Origin: Eledone cirrhosa
Lineage: Eukaryota
DNA length: 64,000 nt
Reading direction: 5' to 3'
Assembly (NCBI GenBank): GCA_964016885.1
Contig: OZ024740.1
Location: forward strand, 122,698,001-122,762,000
In this document: in pieces, positions 24,590-37,569 of the stretch
Numbering within the stretch: the first letter of the stretch is position 1
Layout of the letters: every line of letters starts with the position of its first letter
Translations under genes and position numbers: made by a program
The notes under the pieces: generated by a model
Told to the model about the DNA's origin: nothing
What the model saw: only the letters and a program-made list of their open reading frames with translations
Database searches by the model: none

Positions 24590-25712
24590 TTAGCATTGGC
24601 ATTATTTGTAGAGTGTCAGACAAGATGCCTTGCGGCATAGAGTTATGGCACTTTGTGTGTTGAGTTCAAATCCCTCCACAGTTAGCTTTGCCTTTCAACA
24701 TCGATAAAATAAATCACTTGTAATGCACTGGGGTCTATTTAATTGAATTTTCCCTCCCCCAAATTTACTGGCCTTGTGCCTATAGTAGAAATCATTATTA
24801 TTATTATTAATATTATATTTTCCATCCCTGGGCCATCCACCCCTCTATTAGGAAATTTATTTTGTTATGTTTATGTATGGTTTATTTTATATTTTCATTG
24901 TTCAAACGGTTTTGCTATTTCCTTATTACTGCGGTGAATTATTAGGGCGGTGGTTTGGCGGTATCGGTAGAGGGTCGGACGCCATGCTTTCTAGCAGAGT
25001 TACGTCCCTTTACAGTCTGAGTTCAAATCCCGCCGAGGTTAACTTTGCCTTTCATCCTTACGGGGTCGATAAAATAAAGTACCAGTAATGTACTGCGTAA
25101 TTGCTGGCCTTGTGCCTAAAGTAGAAACAATTATTATTATTATTATATTATGGTGGTGGATTGTCAGTATTCGTAGAAGGTCGGACACCATGCTTTGCAG
25201 CATAGAGTTACAGCCCTTTATGATCTGAGTTCAAATCCCGCTGAGGTTAACTTTGCCTTTCATCTCTATGGTGTGGATAAAATGAAGTACCAGTCACGCA
25301 CTGGGGCTGATTTAATCGACTTTCCCCTCCCCCAAAATTGCTAATCTTGTGCCTATACTAGAAATCATTATTATTATGATTAGGGTGGTGGATTGGCAGA
25401 ATAGGTAAAGCGTCAGACGCCATGCTTTGTAGCTAGAGTTATGGCACGTTATGTTCTGAGTTCAAATCCCGCTGAGGTTAACTTTGACTTTCATCCTTAT
25501 GGGGTCGATAAAATATAGCACCAGTAATACACTGGGGTAATTGCTGGCCTTGTGCCAAGAGTAGAAACAATTATTATTAATTGGGATTGCCATTATCTGT
25601 AGAGCAAGGAGAAAATACTATGAGGTATTTGATTCTGCCTCTTTACATTATGAATTCATCTTACTGATTCATCCTTCCTGGATTAATAAAATAAAATACC
25701 AGTCAAATATTG
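24590..25712 (+). mobile_element. Head-to-tail array of about five tRNA-derived Nin-domain SINEs
   Basis: Units start at ~24590, 24946, 25152, 25383 and ~25585. Each has A box tggcagtatcgg, B box gagttcaaatcc, core gcctttcatccttacggggtcgataaaataaagtaccag, and ends gtagaaaca(att)n. The last unit is degenerate. Confidence 0.88.
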
Positions 25713-26921
25713 GATGGGGTGGCTATATAAGCAGATTTCATTCAACATAAGACTGTGTTAGAAGACATTAGTCGAAAGTATCACTCAGTTGCATCGAATT
25801 CAATACTGCATAGTTGTGGAAAAAATGTCTTAACCACACGGTTATACCTGTGCCCATCTTAACTTAACATCGATATACAATGATTCCATTATGTAGAGAC
25901 TGTATTTGTAGTGTGTTTCAAATTGATATTATCATATTTATTATCCTTACCATTTTAATATGTTTGATGATTTTGACCATGCTGATATTCATATATCTAC
26001 TACAAGATCACGAAATGCATATGTACATTGAAGATTGCCATAAAGTTGAATTAAGAATATCCATCATTTTATTCAATACATAAAATTGCACGAAAATATC
26101 ATCTATTATCTACTTAGCTTAAATGTTCAGTTACTATGTCAGAACAAAACGTGTAAGATTTATATAAGGACCATCGTTACAAGCTGCAGGCAACAGAGTA
26201 CAATATCAAAATATATTAAGGTTGGCATGATATCCCAGCATACCCTGTGCTGCTAGATATGAAATTGCAGATAAACTAATTTATTAAACGTTATATCAGT
26301 GTTTGTCGAAATCCACTTTTCCAGCTATCAATCAGTAGGCAAACAAATTGATAACCTGTTTAGCTATAAGCTACATTTATGTAAATAGTGATTTAATATA
26401 AGTATTAAAGGAGAATATTAACATTAGTTATATCAACTGTTTAATGGTGTATATTGAGTTTGTAAGGCCTCCCTTTAAGTTAAAATGACTTTATTGCTTG
26501 TAAAGGCTTGTAATTACTTTTCCAATTCGTAGAAAAAAGTAAAAGACATATCAAAGACAAAAAATATACAATATACAATAATAGTGATGATAGTGATAAC
26601 AACAAGAACAACAATAATTATAAAAAATGTGATAACAGAAGAATTACTTTTATACTGATACGATTTGGATTCCATACTATAGAAATTTTGTAAAATGTTG
26701 TTTGTAATTTTGTCATGACACTCAGATATATGTTTTCGAATATTTCACTGAATAATTCAATTGCAAGTTAGAGTATAAAAGTTAAAATTTAAAAAAGAAA
26801 ACATGTGTAGACTATATGGGGAGAATCTATAGCAGGCAGCTGCCAGTTTTACTTTAGAAAGCAAAATATATATATACATATGTATATATATATATACATA
26901 TATAAATATACATATATATAA

Positions 26922-27903
26922 ATCATCATCATCATTACCATTTTACACCCATTCTTCCATGCTAGCATGGGTTAGACGAGTTGTCCTATTGTGGTCAATG
27001 CCAAGTCAGGTGACCATCTCTTGCACATACAGAACTGATTTTGGCTTGATTTCTACAGCTGGATTTGCTTCCTAACACCAACCTCAATTATACTGAGTAC
27101 TGGGTACTTTTCATCGTGGTGCCTACATGACAACTTTACAGTGTGGACTACGTGCTTTTTTATCGTAACACCTAGAGGACCACTCTACAGTGGGAGGAGG
27201 TAGGGGGATAATGTCTATATGATTCAGCTTGTACTCGTGAGAAGTCGGGTCTTCTGTATTATTGCATAAGGTTAGAGGTTTTGGTCCTGTATCATCACAT
27301 TTGAGAGGTGCAATCAGGCAAGATCAGCTTTTATCACCTAATACCAGGTCTTTTTTGGTCACCCCGCTCCAAGGCTGTCATAGACTTTTAGTGCTCTACA
27401 CCTCTTTTATATGCATCACATGTCCATAGCAACATAATCTCCTCTCCTGCACACAGCATTTGATTCCTCTCATGTTTAGTCTCCATCTAAATTTGTTTAT
27501 GCTTTGCCATTCATGTATATTACAATTACCCATCCATTTGAGCATGCAAGCTTCATTTCTTTCCAATCTATGCAAATCTTCTGCACATAACGCCCAAGCC
27601 TCAATACCATGCAACATTGCTGTTCGTATGCATGCATCATACAATCTGCCTTTCATTTTGCGGGAAAAGATTTTTGCAGCTGGCAGTGGTGGTAGCTCCC
27701 TGAACTTCTTCCATCCGGTTTTTACCCTAGCTTCTGTACTTTCAGAAAACCTGCCTCTGCTGCTAATTCAGTCACTTAGGTAGTAGAAACTGTCTATTGT
27801 TTCTACCGAGCCCTCCCAGAATTTGGTAGTGCTTGTTTCCTGTGGTTGTTTGTTGCTTATTCTCCCAGTGCAACTGCTACATGTAAAGCCTACATTCTTA
27901 GCT
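26922..27903 (-). mobile_element. RTE LINE 3' fragment
   Basis: ORF 27396..27656 MKGRLYDACIRTAMLHG...RRLCCYGHVMH is homologous to the RTE C-terminus. The 3' UTR ends in a (GAT)n tail at 26922. Confidence 0.9.
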
Positions 27904-27914
27904 ATATATATGTA

Positions 27915-28222
27915 TCATCATCATCATCATCATCATTGTACGTCCACTTTTCCCTGCTGGCAAGGGTGGGACGGGAACTGATTCTGGCTTGATTTCTACA
28001 GCTGGATGCCCTCCGTAACACCAACCTCATTTACAGTGAGTGCTGTGTGGTTTTTGCCGTGGCACCTACACGACCACTTTGCAGTGGAATGATTCTACAG
28101 CTGAGTAAACTGGAGCAATGTGAAATAAAGTGTCTTGCTCAAGGAAACAACACATCACCCGGTCTGAGAATTGAACTCATAACCTTTCGATTGCAAGGCC
28201 AATGCTCTAACCACTAAGCCAT
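27915..28222 (-). mobile_element. Complete SINE: tRNA head, CORE-like domain and RTE-derived 3' tail
   Basis: Minus strand: ggcttagtggttagagc...gagttcaattc...ttccttgagcaagacactttatttcacattgctccag, then ggttggtgttacggagggcatccagctgtagaaa...gtggacgtacaa(tga)n, which matches the RTE 3' UTRs in this window. Confidence 0.8.
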
Positions 28223-28340
28223 ATATATATATATATATATACATATGTATATGTATATATATATATGTGATGGCCAGTCGCCGAAGTAAATAACTCATGT
28301 GGCCGCTTGCATATCAACTGATATTTACATCGCCTGTGGG

Positions 28341-28408
28341 TTTTATCTGAAGAGAACATGACTGATGTTATACAAAAGCAATACATCTTCGAAATATGTA
28401 TAATAAAA
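28341..28408 (+). ncRNA. Type I hammerhead ribozyme (left arm)
   Basis: ttttat-CTGAAGA-gaa...gatgt...acatc-ttc-GAAA-tatgt-ATA-ataaaa. Confidence 0.8.
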
Positions 28409-28548
28409 TAAAAAGGGATGGACTAAAGTAACCATCCTACATGTTTATTTATATTATAATAAAACTCCGGATAAACATAAACCGTTCAGTGCTTGACATC
28501 TGTTAAGTGAAAGACAGGTGATTTTCAATCAACCAATTTTCTCTAATA

Positions 28549-28590
<42 letters not shown>

Positions 28591-28591
28591 T

Positions 28592-30028
28592 TATTCTATT
28601 AGACAAAATTGGTTGATTGAAAATCAGCTGTCTTTCACTTAACAGATGTCAAGCACTGAACGGTTTATGTTTATCCGGAGTTTTATTATAATATAAATAA
28701 ACATGTAGGATGGTTACTTTAGTCCATCTTTTATTATTTCATTATACATATTTCGAAAATGTATGGCTTTTGTATAACATCGGTCATGTTCTCTTCAGAT
28801 AAAACCCACAGGAGATGTAAATATCAGTTGATATGCAAGCGCCCACATGAGTTATTTACTTCGGCGACTGGCCATTACATGCCTGGGAAGACTTCACATG
28901 GTATATATTATATCAGTGGTAGATATATATTATGGTTTACATTGCTATTTTTGGACTGGCTAGGGCTACCGGATTGGTCAATTAGTTCAAAGGAAAACAT
29001 GTATGGAGTGTTAGTCTCTTTTTTTCCTTTTATGCTAGATTTAATTCTCTTAGATACTATTTCCAATTTTAGATATTTATTCATAGGTGCTGAAGTTATT
29101 ATGTAACTATATATTAAAGACATTTTTAATTACTTATTTCGTAGCCTATTTAACTTAATTAACGTTTCAACTAGATACTCCGTCAAAAGTCTTGCTGACA
29201 AGAACTAACAATTTCCGAGCGTTTATTTAGAATGTTATGTCTATTGTTTATATGGAGAATCTTTGTGGCGGAGAAGCTACACACTTTAGATATAGAAGCA
29301 TTTGTGAACGGAAAAGCGTCTGAGAGTTTTTGCCAAGAAAGAGAGTATTCAACATTTTTGTTTTTAAGCAACCAAATTTAGATTTTGCTACGCTTCCACT
29401 TGTATTATTTTCACCTAGACTTAATAATTAATTAATTAGTTTAATTAGACAATTCTGTTGATTTGTTAATTATTTGTGTTTGTTTAATAACGTCTGGTTG
29501 AGAGCTTTTATTCGGAATGTTGAGCGGAAATATTTTTTCCTTTGTTAACATTTCGAATTTACTCGCCAAAAACCGGGAGTTACTTCCCTTGGTGGAAATA
29601 ACACGTGACAACGAAATGTTTGAAGGCTGTCTATTGTGGCGGTCGCATTTAGTTTGTTCACACCATTTTGGGGCAACATAACGGAATGCCTGTTGATAAA
29701 AAGAATACCATGTTCGATCATAGAATACCACAAGCTTACCTGTTACGTAAGTTGGATAGATGATTTCGAATTCATAGAAACATATTGGACGTATTGCAGA
29801 ATATCGTTCGATCTATCCAGGTCTGTTTTAACCTGATTAGTTCTTTCGTTGTTTTGGTATTGCATGGTTGGGTTTTGCCTACCGCAATTTTCAATTTGTC
29901 AAGCTATTTAAACGTATGTTATTACTCTAAGGACCTACTCTTATTGAGTGCTTTGCTACTCATTCCTTATTGTAGGTCGACTTTGCTTGGCCACAGCCGA
30001 AGCTTCGATTTTACTAAGCTTCCACTTG
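28592..30028 (-). mobile_element. Decayed Naiad-type PLE 3' fragment
   Basis: ORF 29183..29371 LKNKNVEYSLSWQKLSDAFPF...ILNKRSEIVSSC resembles the end of the 10054..10440 endonuclease. HHR in the 3' UTR. Confidence 0.65.
28737..28804 (-). ncRNA. Type I hammerhead ribozyme (right arm)
   Basis: Minus strand: ttttat-CTGAAGA-gaa...ttc-GAAA-tatgt-ATA-atgaaa. Confidence 0.8.
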
Positions 30029-30031
30029 TAT

Positions 30032-30064
<33 letters not shown>

Positions 30065-30065
30065 C

Positions 30066-32300
30066 CCTCACCCCACGCCACCGCACACCCACCCACCGTC
30101 TCCCCTTCCCCATCACCTACCACCCCTCCACCATACCCCTCCAACACACCATCCTCCGCCTCTTCCGACGCCTCCAGTCCGACCCCTCCACCTCCCACAT
30201 CTTCCCAGCCCCACCACTCCCCTCCTTCAAACGCGCACGCAATCTCCGCACCCTCCTCGTTCACAGCTCCCTACCCCAACCCACACTCTCCCCCCCCCCG
30301 GTTCCTTTCCCTGTTCTAGGCCCCGCTGCAATACCTGTCCCCACATCACCAACACCACCACCTTCCAGGGTCCCAACGGCCACTCTCTCTCTGTCCGGCA
30401 TGCCTTCCGCTGCACCTCCTCCAACCTAGTCTACGGACTTCGCTGCACGGTGTGCAGCGCAACTTACGTCGGACAGACTGGACGTCGCCTGGCGAACAGA
30501 TTTACTGAGCACCTCCGGGATATTCGTCTCGGTGGTAGTTCCCCCATCGCCCGCCACTTTGGTGCCCCTGGACATCTCACAATCTGTGGCCTACTCCAAT
30601 GCCACGGGACACCCGCCAATCTCCTAAGAGTTGAACAACGAACCATCTTCATCTTACAGACTCACACTCCCCCGGCCTGAACTCCCCACCCTTATTCCTT
30701 TAGCCTTCGACCGCCCCCATCCACCCACACATATCCCCCACTAACACCACTAACACACCCCCCCTTTTCACCGCCCACCCCACAACTAACAATACTAACA
30801 CCTCCACTCCACCCCACATCCGACCACCCTTCCCCAACTAACATACTAACATCCCTTGCTTCTTCTCCTCCCCCCTCCTTATCACACGCACACCCCCACC
30901 GGCACATATATACACGCGCTCTCACTAAACACACACCATACTACCACCACTAACCCTCACCCCCACACATCCACCCCGCATCTAATATCACTAACACCCC
31001 CTGACCCCAAACACACGAACACACACACCCACTTACACCACCCACCCTACACGCAACTAACATCACTAACACCCCCCCCCCCCCAACCCTACGCACACGT
31101 ACACACACACCCTCTTACACCACCCACTCTACACACCCTACCACCACTGACCCCCACTCACATTCAACCCTTTCTTCACCTCCTGTATACTAACACCCAC
31201 TAACACCCCTTCACCAAACACACACACCAGTACACCACACTCCCCCCATCGACCCCCACACCCTTCTCTCCCCGCTCCACCCACACCCTTTCTCAAACAC
31301 TCACTCATCCCACTAACACCTCTACTAATACACACACACACACCCTCCTCACTCCAACTTTCACACCTACCCTACCTCTCCCCTTTACCATTCTACCCTA
31401 CTGCTGCTATGCCCTCTGACCACCTCCCCGCACACACAGACACACAACACACACTCACCATTTTACCCTACTGCTGATATGCCCTCTGACCACAAACACA
31501 CCACACTCCTCCTGCCTTGACCACTTCCTGTTGCGCGCGCACCCCACATCTCCCCTCTTCCGACCAATCTCTTCACGGATTACACGTATGTGAACCTTGA
31601 TCCCGGAATCAACCACATCCAAGAATTTTACCAAGCATCCCACCACATCTTCTTACGGAATCACCTTTATGACTCACCCACACACAAACCCCAAAATATT
31701 TTTTTTCCCACACGCCACCTACATCCACAACACGCTTAAACACCACACACACACGTGCGTACCACCACATATTTACACATTCAGCCTCCGGATACCTCTC
31801 CCCCCACCCCTCTATCCACACACGCACACACACTCCAACCTACACCCCACCCACACATACCTCTTCCAGAACATGCAACCCCGTTCTTCCCCCAACCCTT
31901 GCTTTCACATACACACACACACACACACGTACACCTACACACACACACCACATTCAGCCCTCCCCGCTCGGACACCCCGTCTCTCTCTCCCCACTCCACA
32001 CGCCACCACCCCTACACGCCCCACACCCTTCCACCACCTGTTTTACCCCATTTTAATTTTATTTTGATCATGCCTTTATTTTTAATTTCATTTGCGCCGT
32101 TTCCTCTAACCCCCTTTTTGCTATATGTCTCTCCACCACTCCCCTACACACCCTTTGAACTCTTCCCACACACTTTTCACCTGAAGAAGGGCTTATGCTC
32201 GGAACGCCTTCCCCACCACCAACCCACTCTCATGAGCGTGAAATTAATGAACATTTGTTGTACTGCCTCTCTGTTTTGTTCCCGTTCAATTTATCATTAT
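30066..32300 (+). mobile_element. PLE (Neptune-like) 3' fragment: GIY-YIG plus C-rich 3' UTR
   Basis: GSFPCSRPRCNTCPHI...FRCTSSNLVYGLRCTVCSATYVGQTGRRLANRFTEHLRDI (~30300-30680). Flanked by (TA)n on both sides. Confidence 0.88.
32176..32210 (+). ncRNA. Degenerate minimal hammerhead at the PLE 3' end
   Basis: CTGAAGA-a-gggc(ttat)gctc-GGAA-cgcc. GAAA and NUH are mutated. Confidence 0.45.
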
Positions 32301-32600
32301 ATATATATATATATATATATATAAATGTAATAGAATGAAACGAAATTTCATTTTTCACTCTTAGTACGGCACTTACTTAAATGTAAGTATGTATGTATAC
32401 GTACATACATATATGTATACAGACGTACAGTAGCATGTATATATATACATACAGGCACACATATATATATGCACGTATCAGTTTACCGAACATTTATTAT
32501 AATGCTCGGTTTGTTCGTTTGTAAACAAACAAACAGCCTGAATTACGCCGTACAGTGTTTAGGCAACCACGTCACCTATTTGTTCAACACTGACACAGGA

Positions 32601-32643
32601 ACGATGTACTAGTTTCAAACTTATTAGCTATCGTCAGCACCGT
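32601..32643 (-). ncRNA. Minimal hammerhead (family A')
   Basis: Minus strand: acggtg-CTGACGA-t-agct(aata)agtt-t-GAAA-cta-GTA-catcgt. Confidence 0.82.
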
Positions 32644-33042
32644 ATAGCTTTCTGGTAGATGGTTGAACGTCCGAAAGTATATACTTTCCTTATGAAAATT
32701 AACGGCTGAGAAGCCTAATTTGAATATCGAGTGAGTTCAGTCGGCCAGGCGCACCGAAAACGATAAATGGAATAGAATGAAACGAAATTTCATTTCTCAC
32801 TCTTAGTACGGCACTTACTTAAATGTAAGTATGTATGTATACGTACATACATATATGTATACAGACGTACAGTAGCATGTATATATATACATACAGGCAC
32901 ACATATATATATGCACGTATCAGTTTACCGAACATTTATTATGATGCTCGGTTTGTTCGTTTGTAAACAAACAAACAGCCTGAATTACGCCGTACAGTGT
33001 TTAGGCAACCACGCCACCTTTTTGTTAAACACTTACACAGGA

Positions 33043-33085
33043 ACGATGTACTAGATTCAAGCTTATTAGCTATCGTCAGCACCGT
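33043..33085 (-). ncRNA. Minimal hammerhead (family A'), GAAA mutated to GAAT
   Basis: Same motif with a core substitution; probably inactive alone. Confidence 0.65.
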
Positions 33086-33376
33086 ATACCTTTCTGCCAG
33101 ATGGTTGAACGTCCGAAAGTATATACTTTCCTTATGAAAATTAACGGCTGAGCAGCCTAATTTGCATATCGAGTGAGTTCAGTCGGCCAGGCGCACCGAA
33201 AATGATAAATGGAATAGAATGAAACGAAATTTCATTTCTCACTCTTAGTACGGCACTTACTAAAATGTAAGTATGTATGTATACGTACATATATATGTAT
33301 ACAGACGTACAGTAGCATGTATTTTCATAAGGAAAGTATATACTTTCGGACGTTCAACCATCTGGCAGAAAGGTAT

Positions 33377-33419
33377 ACGGTGCTGACGATAGCTAATAAG
33401 CTTGAAACTAGTACATCGT
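33377..33419 (+). ncRNA. Minimal hammerhead (family A'), intact
   Basis: acggtg-CTGACGA-t-agct(aata)agct-t-GAAA-cta-GTA-catcgt. Confidence 0.88.
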
Positions 33420-33818
33420 TCCTGCGTCAGTGTTGAACAAAAAGGTGACGTGATTGCCTAAACACTGTACGGCGTAATTCAGGCTGTTTGTTTTTTTACA
33501 AACGAACAAACCGAGGATTACAATAAATGTTCGGTAAACTGATACGTGCATATATATATGTGTGCCTGTATGTATATATATACATGCTACTGTACGTCTG
33601 TATACATATATGTATGTACGTATACATACATACTTACATTTAAGTAAGTGCCGTACTAAGAGTGAGAAATGAAATTTCGTTTCATTCTATTCCATTTATC
33701 GTTTTTGGTGCGCCTGGCCGACTGAACTCACTCGATATGCAAATTAGGCTGCTCAGCCGTTAATTTTCATAAGGAAAGTATATTCTTTCGGACGTTCAAC
33801 TATCTGGCAGAACAGTAT

Positions 33819-33861
33819 ACGGTGTTGACGATAGCTAATAAGCTTGAAACTAGTGCATCGT
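33819..33861 (+). ncRNA. Minimal hammerhead (family A'), mutated (TTGACGA core, GUG site)
   Basis: acggtg-TTGACGA-tagctaataagctt-GAAA-cta-GTG-catcgt. Confidence 0.6.
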
Positions 33862-34074
33862 TCCTGTGTTAGTGTTGAACAAAAAGGTGACGTGGTTGCC
33901 TAAATACTGTACGACGTAATTCAGGCTGTTTGTTTGTTTACAAACGAACAAACCTAGCATTATAATAAATGTTCGGTAAACTGATACGTGCATATATATA
34001 TGTGTGCCTGTATGTATATATATACATGCTACTGTACGTCTGTATACATATATGTATGTACGTATACATACATA

Positions 34075-34245
<171 letters not shown>

Positions 34246-34300
34246 ATATATATATATATATACATACATACATATGAAAAAATATATATATAGACATATA

Positions 34301-34340
<40 letters not shown>

Positions 34341-34346
<6 letters not shown>

Positions 34347-34740
34347 CTGGCGCTCTGAAATAGTGATATATATATGAATGTATATATAGTGTATTTTGCA
34401 ATACATTGTATGCTTAATTAAAACCATTTCGAAGATCTTATGCTATTGTTTTAGAGTAGTGAGTCTCACTTACTTTAAATGTTCAGCAAACAGGTGGAGT
34501 ACTCTATTACTAGAAATTCTATAAGAATCAAAAATTCATGATTTTCAGCAAACAGGTGGAGTACTTGGTTTTGATAAGTACCAATCAGTACGAAACATAG
34601 CTCTGTCCGCTTTATCTCCCCTGTTTGCTGAAAATGCAAAGTAAGTGAGACTGTCATTACTCTAAAACAATAGCATAAGGTCTTCGAAATGCTTTTAATT
34701 AAGCATACAGTGTTTTGCAAAATACATTATATATACACTC

Positions 34741-34745
<5 letters not shown>
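34341..34745. mobile_element. Family C repeat, second locus, with internal inversion
   Basis: 34341-34495 matches the 15200-15326 / 15497-15545 orientation. 34500-34745 is in the opposite orientation. Flanked by (TA)n. Confidence 0.75.
34567..34611 (+). ncRNA. Hammerhead motif with U3-A8 core (family C)
   Basis: ggtt-TTGATAA-gtac(caatca)gtac-GAAA-catagctct-GTC. Perfect 4-bp stem II; stem I decayed. Confidence 0.6.
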
Positions 34746-34789
<44 letters not shown>

Positions 34790-34794
<5 letters not shown>

Positions 34795-37080
34795 TTAGTT
34801 AAGCAAAACAAGACCACAAATTTCACAAGGAGGTCATTGTTTAAAGATTATCATCATAGTTGTACTTTAACGTAAGGAATAATAATAATAATAATGTCCG
34901 TTTACAATTGTTTCGCTACTCCATATAATGCTTCTGGATCAAATGATTATATATCATTCCACCAGGCGGTGGATTGGCAGTATCGGTAGAGGGTCGGACG
35001 CCATGCTTTCCAGCATAGTTACGTCCCTTTACGATCTGAGTTCAAATCCCGCCGAGGTTGACTTTGCCTTTCATCCTTACGGGGTCGATAAAATAAAGTA
35101 CCAGTAATGCACTGGGTAATTTCTGGCCTTGTGCCTAAAGTAGAAACAATTATTGATATGGTTCAGATGAAGATAATTAATTTAGGTAAAATTGGAGCAG
35201 TTCATCGGAACTTCAAAAGAGATAATATAATATTGATAAAGGTACGATGGAATAAGGAATATAAGGTAAAGAAAAATGGTTACATCAATGTTATGTTGCA
35301 TATATTGGTATTTCACTATGGTGTCCTGTGTCTATCTATTGTCTGCTATAGGCGAGCAATATTCTCCTGTCGAGGTTGCATTATGCGTGATCTGTCTATG
35401 GGTAACAAGATGGCCGCCTAAGGGCATATTTACCTTACTAATTAGAGGCGGGTTTCAGAGGAAGTAACTCCTCGAGAAATTAGAAATTGTAGGTGGTTTA
35501 TAGCTAAGAGTTTAAGTGAGAAACAATGTAAGGGAGGTAACTTATAGTTATCTAAGTCAGGGTTAACTATTTAACATGTTAGCTATAAGTAAAAGTGGGA
35601 TTAGATGTCTATTTTGGGTCAACTATTCTGTTGGCGAAGGAATTTGCCCTTCGATGTTGACAGTTAATAGTTACCTCCGTTCTATCATTAATCGGTAGAC
35701 GTCGTGATAGAGTTATGTAATAGGCTTCGGTAACACAGAGATCACAAGGGTTTCTTCGTCCATTGAACGCTTGGGCTCGAGCCAAGATATCCCATATTAG
35801 TGAGTGTTCAATTTTGGTTAATTTAAGGTTTGTAATGAGCCTTGCTAGTGTCTTGGAAGGAAAATGAGTGCGCGTTATAGCGTACCTTAAAAGGGTTAGA
35901 GGTAGAGCCAATATAGGGGCTGGTGTGCGGTGCTGTTTTAACTGTGCACCTATAAATTATATTGCGTGTAAGGCATTGTCGGTTTAGTGGGCATGCATTA
36001 GGGTAACGGCGGTTGCAGTTACTGCTGTGGTTAGTGAGGGTAGGGTTGTTTAAACTATGCGGTTGGTGCGTGCTAGAAGGATTACATGGGGGATGTCTGC
36101 TACTAGAGTAAGTATGGGTGTAGTGGTGTGGTGTATTTGAGGGGAGGTACCGCGGTGTGGGAGTTATACTGTCTTAGTTGATGATGGTTACTGAATGCGA
36201 TGTGACTAGCTAGGTTTAGGTGTTGTGGAGAATGAGATTTTAATGTTGTTTTTATTAAAGAGTTTGTAATATCTATGGTTTTAGATAGGATAGGAAAGAA
36301 GCGTTTAGGGATATTAGTGGCTAAGTTAGATGAGGTTTTAAGCCAGGTGATATTTCTAGGCCTATTCCTTCTAGGGGTTCTAGTGGAGTTGGCAGGAGCC
36401 TTCATAGGGTTATTATTACCTGGGCATTTGTTATTTCTCAACCCATTGCTCATTCCTATTCTAGGGTTGTTTTTGAGTCTGCTACTGGGAGTGGGAAGTA
36501 GGCCTCTGCCACCATTAAGGTTCCCTGTATCGGTGCTGTTACTGCTAAAATTCCGGCGTATCTGGCTATAGTCTAAAGTATTTCTAGTTCTAGTTTTAAA
36601 TTTATTATTTTTGTGGTGAAGTACTGTGTTATGGCATTTAGGTATGTAGTAAATGGACTGTTAATAACCAGATTCAGAAAGGGCCTTATTATAATATGCC
36701 GCATGGTTCATAAATATATCTTGTGATCTCTGTCTTACGGAAGCCTATTACATAACTCTATCACGACCACTACCGATTATGATAGAACGGAGGTAACTAT
36801 TAGCTGTCAACATCGAAAGGGCAAATTCCTTCGTAAACAGAATATTTGACCCAACATAGTCATCTAATCCCATTTTTACTTATAGTTGACATGTTAAATA
36901 GTTAACCCTGACTTAGATAATTATAAGCATTATATGGAGTAGCGAAACAATTGTAAACGGACAGTATTATTATTATTATTCCTTACATTCCTTACATTAA
37001 ACTACAACTATGTTGACAATCTTTAAATAATGATTTCCATGTGAAATTTGTGGTCTTGTTTTGCTTAACTAATGAATATT
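34790..37080 (-). mobile_element. Decayed Naiad-type PLE fragment with inverted duplication of its 3' parts
   Basis: Minus-strand ORFs 36103..36453 (RPRNITWL...TNIPKRFF) and 35609..35911 (WDILARAQAFN...CDLCVTEAYYI). 36715-36925 inverts 35540-35745, and 36925-37078 inverts 34790-34934. Confidence 0.75.
34965..35154 (+). mobile_element. Nin-domain tRNA SINE inserted in the PLE 3' UTR
   Basis: ggcggtggattggcagtatcgg...gagttcaaatcccgccgagg...gtagaaacaattatt. Confidence 0.9.
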
Positions 37081-37252
37081 TCCAGCTCTGTGTACCTGAC
37101 CTCTGCATGAACCCAGCCATCTAGCTGTCTTCCACTCCATATTGCACATTGAGCACATGCCTTTACGCTTTAGACTTCTAACTGATACACCAATCTCTCT
37201 TCTCCTCTCCTATCTCCCTATCTCTCTCTTTAAGATTGATTTACTCTTGAAC

Positions 37253-37568
<316 letters not shown>

Positions 37569-37569
37569 T

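Larger units (their letters stand above)
28268..28878. repeat. ~610-bp tail-to-tail palindrome centred on (TA)n
   Basis: 28270-28552 is the reverse complement of ~28592-28876. Confidence 0.92.

Noticed and set aside
23740-26300. Possible host exons in non-repetitive stretches (also 59300-60000)
   Set aside because: No open frame with convincing splice sites or recognisable protein similarity.
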